Below, one piece after another: positions 25,013 to 35,710 of a DNA stretch of 64,000 bases. The DNA comes from Mobula hypostoma (lineage: Eukaryota). The DNA lies in assembly GCF_963921235.1 (NCBI RefSeq), contig NC_086097.1:89530001-89594000 (forward strand), given 5' to 3'. Made by a program: the position numbers and the translations under genes. Positions within the stretch are counted from its first letter, which is position 1. Each line of letters begins with the position of its first letter. The notes beneath the pieces were generated by a model. It made no database searches, had not been told where the DNA came from, and saw nothing but the letters and a program-made list of their open reading frames with translations.

Positions 25013-27070
25013 ACGTCCTTGTGCAAATGGATCCTTGATTTCCTGACTTCCAGACCCCAGTCAGTTTGGATTAGCAACAACATCTCCTCCACAACAACCA
25101 TCAGCACAGCTGCACCACAAGGCTGTGTGCTTAGCCCCCCTGCTCTATCCGCTTTACACTTATGACTGTGAGGCTGAGCACAGCTCCAACGCCATACTCA
25201 AGCTTGCTGGCGACACCACTGTTGTTGGCCAAATCAAAGGTGGTGACAAATCAGCATATTGAATCAGAATCAGGTTTAATCTCACTGACATATGCTATAT
25301 ATTAATTTAATTAAATAAGTGGTGCAAAAAGAGAAGAAAATAGTGAGGTAGTGTTCATTGGTTCATTGTCATTTCAGAGATCTGATGACGGAGGGGAAGA
25401 AGCTGTTCCTGAAACATTGACTGTGTGTCTTCAGTCTCCTGTGCCTCCTCTCTGATAGTAGCAATGAGAAGAGGGAATGTCCTGGCTGATGGGGGTGGGG
25501 TCACTCAGGATGGATGCTGCCTTTTTGAGACATTACCTTTTGAAGGTGTCCGGGATGCTGGGGAGGTTATTGCCCATGATGGAGCTGGCTGAGTTTACGA
25601 CTTTTTCCGAGCCTGTGCAGTAGCCCCTCCATAGCTATCAGTGATACAACCCGTCAGAGTACTCTGCATGGCGCATCTGTAGAAATTCCTGAGAGTCTTT
25701 GGAGACGTATTGATTTTCCCCAAATTCCTAACGAACTATAGCCACTGTCATGCCTTCTTTGTAATTGCGTCAATATGTTGGGCCCCGGATAGATCATCGG
25801 AGATGTTGATACCCAGGAACTTGAAACTGTTTAGCCTTTCCATTTCTGATCCATTGATGAGGATAGGTGTGTGTTTCCCCAACTTCTCCTTCCTGAAGTC
25901 CATAATCAATTCCTTGATCTTACTGACATTGAGTTAAAGTTGTTGCCACACCACTCAAGCAGCTGATCTTCCTGTATGCCTCCTCATCCCCATCTGAAAT
26001 TCTGCCGTGAGGATTCTGTATGATTGTTGCCCTTTTGAAGCAGGTGGAAACATCCGACTGCAGCAGTGAGAGATTGAAGATGTCCTTAAACCTTACCAGT
26101 CTTGAATGCCACAGACCCAGACCTCAGCAGACTACAAATCTCCTGCTTCATCCATGGTTTATGGTTCAGGTATGTCTGATACGTTCTCAAAGTCACACAC
26201 TCATCCACACAGGTCTTGTGGAAGTCGGTGACAATTGTGGCATATTCATTCAAACTCAAAGATAAGCCCCTGAATATTGAAAATCTGGCTGAATGGAGGC
26301 ACAACAATGACCTCTCAATCAACATCAGCAAAACCAAAGATCTGATTATTGACTAGAGGAGGAGGAAACTGGAGGTCCGTGACCCTTTCCTCATCAGGGG
26401 ATCAGAGACAGAAAGAGTCATTAACATTAAATTCCTCAGCGTTATCACCTCAGGAGATCTGTCCTAGGTACGGTATGTAACTGCCATTACAAAGAAGGCG
26501 TGGCAGCACCTCTACTGCTTTAGAAGTTTGTGCAGGTTTGGCATGTCATCTAAGGCTTTGACAAACTTTTATAGGTATATATTGGACAATATCCTCACTG
26601 ATTGCATCACAGCTTGGTATATAAACACCAGTGGCCTACTTTTACATCACAGGCAAAGCCCTCCCCATTATTGAGCACATCTACAAGGAGCGCTGTTGCA
26701 GGAATGCATCATCAAGAACACCAACATTTAGGCCGTGCTTTCTTCTTGCTGCTGCCATCAGGAAGGAGTTACAGGTGCCTTCGATCCCACACCACCAGGC
26801 TCAGGAACAGTTATCACCCCTCAACCATCAGGCTCCTGAATCATTGTGGATAACTTCGTCCAACCCAACACTGAACTGATTCCACGAACTATAGACTGTT
26901 TTAAGGACTCTACAACTCATTTTCTCAATATTTATTATTTATTTATTGTTACTATTTTACCTTTTTTTTGGATTTGCATAATTTGTTGTCTTTTGCACAT
27001 TGGTTGTTTGTCCGTCTTTGTGTGCAGTTTTTCACTGGTTCCATTGTGTTTCTTTGTATTTACTGTGAAT
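25013..27070 (+). mobile_element. Rex1/Babar RT-to-3' end, containing an inverted, internally deleted Rex-type insertion (~25260-26265, minus)
   Basis: [17 protein letters not shown]...APQGCVLSP; resumes ~26272 (NIENLAEW...NISKTK); LLPSGRSYRCLRSHTTRLRNSY. The nested copy has a (gattct)n tail and NHKPWMKQEI. Confidence 0.8.
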
Positions 27071-28063
27071 TTCTCCATGATTTTTTTCCATGGATGTTCA
27101 AGCTTCTTCTCACATCCTAAAGACATGTAGGTTGGTCAGTTAATTGGCTATGGTAAATTTCTCCCAGTGAGTGGCAGAAGCTGTGGGAGTCAGAGAGTAC
27201 TAAAACTCTGAAACAGGCTTTTCTGCTCACACCGACTAAAATGCCCATCCAAGCTAGTCCCATTTGTCCATGTTTGTCACATGTCCCTCTAAAGCTTTCA
27301 AATCCATTAATCTATTTAATATGGAGAGAGTGGGTTATAGGGGAAATCAGGGGGCAATGGGATGGCTCTGAGAGCTAGAACTGGCTCGATAGGCCAAAAT
27401 GTGCTTGTTCTCTGATGTAAGAGAATATGGAAAATAAAAGAGGTTTTCCTAGTCCCTGGTCTTTATATCACTTCGTTACAATGTCTCTTAGAAATGAAGG
27501 AAGTTTCTGCTTGCAAACTTGCTCAGGGCTAGCACTGTCTGGACGTGAGGGAGTTGGCTGAGGGGATCAATAGTGGTTCCTCAACCCTTCGATTATCCAT
27601 TTCAGATTCATGACTGGTGGATGGAATCGTGATGTTTTGAAGAACAATCTGCTTCAAGTGAACCATGCTGTGGTATAATCATTGAACCTTTCATGGCAGT
27701 CACTCCAACTGTGTGTAATGTCATATGGAGTTGCTCTATTGCCCATATGGTTATTGTATTTCACAAAAGTTCTATCGCTTGACTATAATGGCATAGTTCT
27801 GAATTTCAGGTGTTTCTCTGCATTAGTTTTCAGGCTGTTCTTGGCTTTGTCACACCTACTTAGAAGTTGATCATCTCATGGGATATCCCTGGTAGACATT
27901 TGCACTTGGGCTGTGCAGAAAGAAGCATGGCTGTTGGTGTATCTGTCATTGTGTATAACATTGCTCTATTAAAACTTACAAAGTTCTGGCTCCCATGACT
28001 TTACTTCTGTACGAGCAGTGCAAATGACTCCCATTAGTCTTCACATTAATCTCCCTGCTTCAC

Positions 28064-28098
28064 CATTGGCCTGTGGCCAATGAGGTGTGGTTTTGCAA
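28064..28098. promoter_or_regulatory. Candidate cis-element cluster: full NFI palindrome plus RUNX motif
   Basis: TTGGC-ctgtg-GCCAA at 28066-28080 and TGTGGTT at 28086-28092, in non-repeat-looking DNA. Motif match only. Confidence 0.3.
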
Positions 28099-28419
28099 AG
28101 TGTGAAACCCAAGTCATTTGCAGACTTCCTGAAATTATCTCTGCCGAATATCAGTCCCTCATCTGTCCTCGCTACCTGTGGTACACTAACCGGTGCATAG
28201 GTACAATCAAGTTTTCAGAGAGTGACTTTTATGGAAGTAGAATTTCTACAACAGGAAATCAGCTGATCATAGGCAATCAACAGTTAATGATCATTGGAGA
28301 GTAGTTCTATGAAATAATGTACCAGCTCCTTGAGGTTGCTTGATATGCTAGATGTACAGTAATTTTTAATTAAGCAATTTCTTTCTGGGACTGTACCTTC
28401 TCCCTAAATAAATATATAT

Positions 28420-30095
28420 AATTTATTTATTTAGAAATACAAAGTAGAACAAGCTGTTCTGGCCGAACGAGCCACACCACCCAACAACCCACCGATTCAA
28501 CGCTAGCCTAATCACAGGTCAATTGACAATGGATAGATAGATAATTTATTCATCCCAAAGGAAATTACAGTGTCGCAACAGCATTACAAATGCACAGATA
28601 TAAATATTAAAAGAGAAGTAGAAAGAGTAAAAATAAGTTATCACAAACAGGTTATCACAAATAGTCTACCAGGAGGGAGTCACCACTTCCCCAGCTATAG
28701 GTTGGCTCATTATAGAGCAAATGGCCGAGGGTAAGAATGACCTTATACAGCGCTCTTTGGAGCAGTGCAGTCTATTACTAAACGTGCTCCTCTGTTCAGC
28801 CAAGGCAGCATGCAGAGGGTGAGAAACATTGTCCAAAATTGCCAGGATTTTCCATAAGGTCGTTTGTTCTACCACAGCCCCCATTGTGTCCAGTTTGACT
28901 CCTATAACAGAGCCAGCCTTTCTAATCAGTCTATTGAGCTTGTTGGCATCACCCATGTTGATGTCATCGGCCCAGCACACCACCGCATAAAAGATTGCAC
29001 AGCTAACAACAGACTGGTAGAACATGTGAAGGAGAGGCCTGCGTACTCCAAAGGACCTCAGTCTCCTCAGGAAGTAGAGGTGACTCTGGCCCTTCTTGTA
29101 CACAACCTCTGTGTTGGTGCTTCACTCAAGTCTGTCATCCATATGCATCCCCAGGTTCTTGTATGTCCTCAACACATCCACATCCTCACCATCAATAGTA
29201 ATAGCGAGCAATGCAGGCCTAGTCTCCCTAAACTCCATCACCATTTTCTTTGTCTAACTAATGTTGAGCTGCAGATGATTCAGCTTGCACCATTTGACAA
29301 AATCCTCCACCTGAGCCTGGTATTCATCCCCCTGTCCTCCGTTTATACACCCAACTATTGCTGAATCATCAGAAAATCTCTGCAGATGACATGACTCAGT
29401 GTTGTATCTAAAGTTCGAGGTATACAGGGTAAACAGGCAGGGAGGCAATTCAGTTCCCTGTGGGACCCCAGTGCTGCTTATAGCCATGTCTGACACGCAG
29501 CTCTGAAGTCGCACAGCTCTGAAGTCTGCCAGTCAGGTAGTCCATTGCCCTGGATACAATGGAAGTGCCAATTTGCTTTGAACGGAGCTTTTCCCCAGTA
29601 ATGAGGTCTGTTTGGTATTGAAGGCACTTGAGAAATTAAAAAACATGATCCTCATAGTGTTGCCCTGCTTATCCAAATGGGAGCGTTCTCTGTTCAGCAG
29701 GTAGATGACAGCATCGTCAACTCCAATGTGCTCCTGGTAGGCAAACTGCAGGGGGTTGAGGGCTGATCTGACCAGAGGTCGGAGGTGATCCAGGACCAGC
29801 CTCTCTAGGATATTCATGATGTGTGAGGTCAGGGCCACTGGACGGTTGTCATTCAAGACTTTCGGTTGGCCCTCCTTGGGTACTGGGACCACACATGATG
29901 ATTTCCACACAGTCGGGACCCTTTCCAGGCTGAGACTCTGATTGAAAATGCGCTGGAGAACCCCACACAGTTACTCAGCATACAATGACCAATTAACCTA
30001 TTAACTGGTATGTCTTTAGACTGTGGGAGGAAACCGCTGCACCCAAAGGAAACCTGGGCATATCACTGGAGGATGTACAAACTCCTCAGAGGGGA
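28420..30095 (-). mobile_element. V-SINE split by a Rex1/Babar insertion
   Basis: Tail at 28420-28531 and V-domain at 29988-30095 (gactgtgggaggaaaccgctgcaccc...tacaaactcc). Confidence 0.75.
28532..29981 (-). mobile_element. 5'-truncated Rex1/Babar LINE (RT + C-terminus)
   Basis: TSD ACAATG (28526-31 / 29982-87) and (TATC)n tail. WKSSCVVPVPK...RPVALTSHIM; GVPQGT...QRFSDDSAIVG; LYFLRRLRSF. Confidence 0.9.
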
Positions 30096-31092
30096 AGCCA
30101 GTTCAATATGTTCCTCAACTTATTAGTGTTTTGCGTTCTTGGAAATTATTTTGATGAGCTAAATTTTGTGACTAGTAAAAGATGAAATGCAGTGTGGTAC
30201 ACTGTTTATTATGGTGGAAAACTATTTTGTAAATCAAAGGCACAAACCCTAAAGTGTTAATGGAATAAGAAAATGTAAAAAAAAGCATGCTGGTAAATTG
30301 AGGAACTCGGGTGATTGATTTTCATAATTCCTTGACAACCTATATGACTAATGTTATAGCATACATAATAATAGAACAATTACTTCCTTGCACAGGATCT
30401 AAGGTGCAGATTCATCACAAACTTTCTGCAGATGTTGCAGTGTAATTGAAAATGTTCCTTCATTTCATCTGGGAGGCAAGGTGGCTGAATTGGTGGAGAT
30501 TCTTCCTGGCTATCTAGCCAGCCAACTTCTGACTGTCTGTGTCAATATCTAGGACTTGTTTCCACTTTTGTGACTGCATTACACAGGGATGGAAAAAGAT
30601 CTTGTCTTATTGTAGCTTTGGTTTTCTGTTGTGACACTGATTTGAGCACAGGCTGCCAAGTGACATTTCCTTTATGGCTGCCTGGGTCAATTGTATGTGA
30701 CGGTGACACAAAATTAACATCCCTGGCTATTGCCAAGTTCCAAATGACAAAATGCAAATAAACTGCAAAATGTGCTCTGACCAAGGAATCATTCTATGTG
30801 GTGGTATGATAATTATACTGAGGAAGCAGAGCAAGACAGGAGTAAATGAGAGACTCTCAGGCAGAATGAATGGTAAGTGGCACAGGCTAACTACTCCAAA
30901 AAGTACAAAATCAATTATATACGATCCTATCCCATACATTGTTGAATACTCTCAGTCTCTAACTGAATGAACCCGTTTTTGAACACAGAACATAGAGCAT
31001 AGGAAAAGGTAATTTTGGCCTACAGTGTCAGTGCTGACCACAATGCCAAATTAAACGAAATCTCTTCTCCCTGCACACAAACTATATCCCTC

Positions 31093-31301
31093 ACAACCAC
31101 AAAGTAATCTGCAGATGCTGGGGTCAAAGCAACCCTCACAACACGCTGGAGGAACTCAGCAGGTTGGGCAGCATCTGTGGAAAAAGATCGGTCGACATTT
31201 CGGGGGGGTGACCTGACGAAGGGTTCCGGCCCGAAACGTCGACCGATCTTTTTCCACGGATGCTGCCCGACCTGCTGAGTTCCTCCAGCGTGTTGTGAGT
31301 G
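31093..31301. mobile_element. 209 bp inverted pLTR pair (PLE-derived) with 14-bp TSD
   Basis: TSD AAACTATATCCCTC (31079-92 / 31302-15). 70-bp arms at 31135-31204 and 31230-31299 with 3 mismatches, all at CpG. Confidence 0.9.
31206..31245 (+). ncRNA. Minimal type I hammerhead ribozyme motif (PLE-type)
   Basis: CUGACGA (31213-19), an extra A, stem II GGG-uuccgg-CCC, GAAA, loopless palindromic stem III (ACGU), cleavage triplet GUC (31238-40). Stem I is imperfect in this copy. Confidence 0.7.
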
Positions 31302-31530
31302 AAACTATATCCCTCCATTGTCTGCATATTCGTGTGTCTATCTAACAAGATCTTAAACCCACTATCATAACTGTTTCCATTACTTCCCATGGCAGCTCGT
31401 TCTAGGCACCTACCACTCTCTGTCCTGCTTATCTCCTTTACACTTTCCCCCACTCACCTTAAAAGCGTGTCTTCCTAGTCCGTGTCCTTTCGATCCTGGG
31501 AAACAAATTCTGACGGTCTATTCTATCTGC

Positions 31531-31890
31531 CAGGTGGCAGGGTGGAGATATGTCTTTACTGAAGGCGTTCATTTCTTCTGCGAGCCTACAGGTTTCCCTT
31601 GGGAAAGGTGTGGCCCGTGATTGGGGTCACAGGAAGCCATGAGAGCAGATAGTGGATGTCCACACGAGCAGCTGGTGCACATCACAAGTCTTGATTATGC
31701 GACCACTGATGCCAGGCAGACAATCTCTGAAGAGTATTGATAATGGCTGGGGTCACCTATCCTGTAAGGACACTGCCCAGAAGAAGACAATGGCAAAGAA
31801 CTTCTGCAGAAGAAGTTGCTAAGAACAATCATGGTCAACAACCATGGACAATGATCAGCTACGTCATAAGACACAACACATATGATGAAG
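31531..31890 (+). mobile_element. RTE-related non-autonomous retroposon
   Basis: gaagaagacaatggcaaagaacttctg...gctaagaacaatcatgg resembles the Bov-A/Sauria-SINE-type RTE-derived segment. Ends with a tgatgaa-type short-repeat tail. Confidence 0.5.
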
Positions 31891-31909
31891 ACTCTATGTA
31901 TGCTTTACC

Positions 31910-33985
31910 TTAAGATCATAAGATATAGGAGCAGAATCAGGCCAGTTAGCCCATCGAGTCTGCTCTGCCGTTTCCTCATGGGTGATCCATTCCCCTCTCA
32001 GCACCAATCTCTTGCCTTCTCCCTGTATCCCTTCATGCCCTGACCAATCAGGAATCTATCAACTTCTGTCTTAAATATACCCAATGACTTGGCTTCCACA
32101 GCTGCCTCTGGCAACAAATTCCACAGATTGACCATTCTCTGGCTAAAGAAATTCCTTCTCATCTCCATTCTAATGGACATTCCTATATTCTGAGGCTGTG
32201 TCCTCTGGTCTAAGACTCTATTATCACAGGAAACAGCCTTTCCATATCCACTCTATCGAGGCCTTTCAACATTCGATAGGTTTCAATGAGATCCCCCATC
32301 ATTCTTTTGAATTCCAGTGAGTACAGGCCCAGAGCCATCAAATGCTCCTCATATGATAATTATCTCAATCCTGGAATCATTTTTGTGAATCTCCTTTGAA
32401 CCCTCTCCAATGTCCTTTCTGAGTTAAAGGGCCCAAAAACTTCTTACCATGCTACAAGCGAAGCCTCACAAGTGCCTTATAAAGCCCCAGCATTACGTCT
32501 TTGTTTTTTATATTCTAGTCCTCTGGAAATGAATGCTAACATCACATTTGCCTTCCTTACCACTGACTCAATCTGTAAATTAACCTTTAGGGAATCCTGC
32601 ATGAGGACTCCCAAGTCCCTTTGCACCTCAGCTTTTTGAATTTTCTCACCATTTAGAAAATAGTCTATGCTTTTATTTCTTCTACCAAAGTTCATGAGCT
32701 TACCCTACCCAACACTGTATTCCATCTGCCACTTCTTTGCCCATTCTCTTAATCAGTATAAGTCCTTCCGTAGCCTCACCAGTTCCTCAACAGTGCCTCC
32801 ACCAGTGTTTGTGTCATTCACAAACTTGGCCATAAAGCTATCAATTCCATCATTCAAATCATTGACATATAATGTGAAAAGAAGCAGTCCCAACACAGAC
32901 ACCACTAGTCACCGGCAGCCAGCTAGAAAAGGTTCCCTTTATTCCCACACTCTGCCTCCTGCCAAGTAGACAATCCATTTTATTGTCTGCCCTGTAATAC
33001 CATGAGCCCTTAACTGTTAAACAGTCTCATGTGTGGCACTTTGCCAAGGTCTTCTGTAAATCCAAGTACACAATATCCACCAATTCCCTTTTGTCTATCC
33101 TGCTTGTTATTTCTTCAAAGAATTCCAACAGATTTGTCAGGCAAGATTTTCCTTTAAGAAAATCATGCTGACTTCAAGCTATTTTATCGTGTGCCTCCAA
33201 GTACCCCAGAATCACATCCTTAACAATTGACTCTAACATCTTCCCAGCCACTGAGGTCACACTAACTGTCCTATAGATTCCTTTCTTCTGCCTCTCTCCC
33301 TTCTTGAAGAATGGAGTGACATTTGCAATTTTCCAGTCCTCCAGAACCATGCCAGAATCCATTGATCTTGAAAGATGATAACTAATGCCTCTATAATCTT
33401 TTCAGCAACCTCTGTTAGAACGCTGAGGTGTAGACTGTCTGGTCCAGGTGACTTATCTACCTTCAGACCTTTCAGTTTCCCCAGCACCTTCTCCCCAGTA
33501 ACAGCAACTTAACTCACTTCTGACCCTGACCCTCTTGAACTTCCAACGTACTGTTCATGTCTTCCACAGTAAAGACTGATGCAAAATACTTATTCAGTTC
33601 ATCCGGCATTTCCTTGTCCCCCGTTACTACCTCTCCAGCAAAGTACCTTCCTGACTCTATGTTCAGTGTCCTGACCAATAGAGGAAAGCATGTCATATAC
33701 CTTCTTTACCACCCTATGTACTTGCATGGCCACTTTCTGCAAGCTGTGGACTTGGACCCCTAAAGCCCAAGGTGCTGCTAAAGGTCCTGTCATTAACTGT
33801 ATACTTTCCCCTTGCATTAGACCTCCCAAAGTGCAATACTTAACACTTGCTCAGATTAAACTCCATCTGCCATTTCTCCACCCTTATCTGTAACAAATCT
33901 ATATTCTGCTGTATATTTCACATCCCTCTACACTCTCCACCAATCTTCTTTAAATTTACTAACCCACCCATCTATGTTATGTCTA
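31910..33985 (-). mobile_element. CR1 ORF2 (RT to 3' end) plus an adjoining second CR1 fragment from ~33640
   Basis: KSPGPDSLH, EDWKIANVTPFFKKG, QRDLGVLMQDSLKVN, FFSQRMVNLWNLLP. Tail taagatcataagatatagg. Confidence 0.9.
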
Positions 33986-33989
33986 TGTG

Positions 33990-34530
33990 CAGTACTATGC
34001 AAAAATCTTAGGCATATATACTGCATGTAGCTAGGGTGTCTAAAACTTTTGCACAATACTGGAGTTATTTTATGTATTGGACTGTACTGCTGCTGAAAAA
34101 AAAACAAATTTCATGACATATGTGAATGATGATAAAGCTGATTCTGATCTGAGTCTCTACTGAGGACTGTGAGTCAGAAAGGGGCAGGGAGAGGACAATC
34201 ATGATTAGGGAAAGGGAGTGGGAAGCACCAGAGGGACATTCTGTAAAGATCAATAAACCAATTGTTTGGAATCAAGTGACATTGCCTGATGTCTCAGGGC
34301 TGGGTCTGTCTGCACCAGCACTACCACCCCTCCTGCCTCTGCCATGTCTTCTCTGCCACCTGTCCCACAGCCCTCCTGTGGCACTGCCCTCACCTTTCCC
34401 AGCATCCCTTTGCTTCTGCCAGATTTGCAAACTTGCTCTCTGCTCCATGTTGACAGTTACAGTACTGTGCAAAAGCCTTGGGCACCTTAAATACATATGT
34501 GTGCGTGCCTAAGCCTTTTCAGCAGTTCTG
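33990..34530. mobile_element. Composite non-autonomous Tc1-type element bounded by two palindromic mini-MITEs
   Basis: Four copies of a CAGTACTGTGCAAAAG.CTTAGGCA-type TIR: 33990-34014 / 34037-34061 and 34460-34485 / 34505-34530. The interior holds a LINE 3' tail and other non-coding DNA. Confidence 0.75.
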
Positions 34531-34534
34531 CATC

Positions 34535-35385
34535 TTTTGCTGGATGTATCACATGTGGTTATGAGTCAGTGTACAGGAGTGAGATGGTGATGTGGATAGT
34601 TGAGCAGTGCTGCAACAACAACTTGTTCAACATCTGTAAATCTAAAGAGCTGATTGTCGACTGCAGAAAGGGGAAAGATGGTGAACATGTAGCAATCTAC
34701 AATGGTGGATCATTTTTAAATGTCTGAGCTTTAACATATTGTACGACAGGTCTGGCTCATAGATATAAACAAAGGAAGGCTCACCATCATCCTTACTTTC
34801 TTAGGAGTTTAAAGAGTTTCAATGTGTCACCAAATACCATAACAAATTCCTACAGCTGTACTGTTGTAGTCTGACTGGTTGCTTCACTCTCTAGTATGGC
34901 AAGTCAAATGCACAGGAAGGTAAGAAGCTGCAAGGAGTAGTTAACTTAGAACACCCCTCCACACAATTGGTCATATTTACAAGGGAGTGTTGCATCAAAA
35001 AGGTAACATCCATCCTCACTATCTGGGCCATCCTATCTTCTCGTGGCCACCACTGGACAAGAGGGACAAAAGCCTCCAGTCCCCACACCACCAAGTTCAA
35101 GACCAGCTACGTCTCTTCAACCATTCTCTTCTTGAACCCGCTGGCACAATTACCTCAAACTCGCAACACCACAACCACTTGGCACGACAACAGACTTTGT
35201 TTGGATTTGTTCTAATCGTGTTCTTTCTTGTTCAAAAATCATGTTTAATTGGCGTTGAATCGATGTTTTTCTTAGATGATACCATGTGCCTGTGATGCTG
35301 CCACAAGTTAAGCTTTTCATTGCACCTGTGCACACACATATTCATGAATATAACAATAAACTCAACTTTGACCTTGACTATGACT
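34535..35385 (+). mobile_element. Rex1/Babar 3' fragment
   Basis: EQCCNNNLFNICKSKELIVDCRK; HTTKFKTSY; tail aataaactcaactttgaccttgac. Confidence 0.75.
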
Positions 35386-35454
35386 GTATTTTGGCAAACG
35401 TTCTCTTCAGAACTGGCACACTACAAATGAGGGATGACTGAAGTGTCACCCTAA

Positions 35455-35710
35455 CCCTTTGATGAGATGTTAGATCAAGATATTCAAGTGAGAAATAACA
35501 ATCCTGTGCGCTATGTATAGAGCTGAGAGGTCCCCAGCATCCTGACCAACCTTCCTCCTGCAGCCAACATTAACAGAAACAAAGTGAACTGCACTCATCA
35601 TGCTTAATTACATAGGACTTTTACAGTGCGGCAATCGCTTTCTGAACTTGCTTACATAAGAGCACTTCATTTCAAATTGTGTGAAGTGCTTTTTGACATC
35701 TCCAAGGAAT
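35455..35710 (+). mobile_element. Ancient Deu-domain SINE relic (SacSINE1/AmnSINE-like)
   Basis: gatgagatgttag...tccccagcatcctgaccaac...ccaacattaacagaaac...tgtgaagtgcttt resembles the Deu domain, recognised from memory. Related pieces at ~50940-51040 and ~62410-62490. Confidence 0.45.

Larger units (their letters stand above)
30983..31530 (-). mobile_element. CR1 3' end hosting the pLTR hairpin insertion
   Basis: Tail aacacagaacatagagcatagg...; FKILLDRHTNMQTMEGY in ORF 31136..31453. Confidence 0.75.

Noticed and set aside
28666..29103. ALKBH8-like host exon
   Set aside because: The LYFLRRL/YQSVV domain is the C-terminus of Rex-type LINE ORFs and recurs in several copies here.
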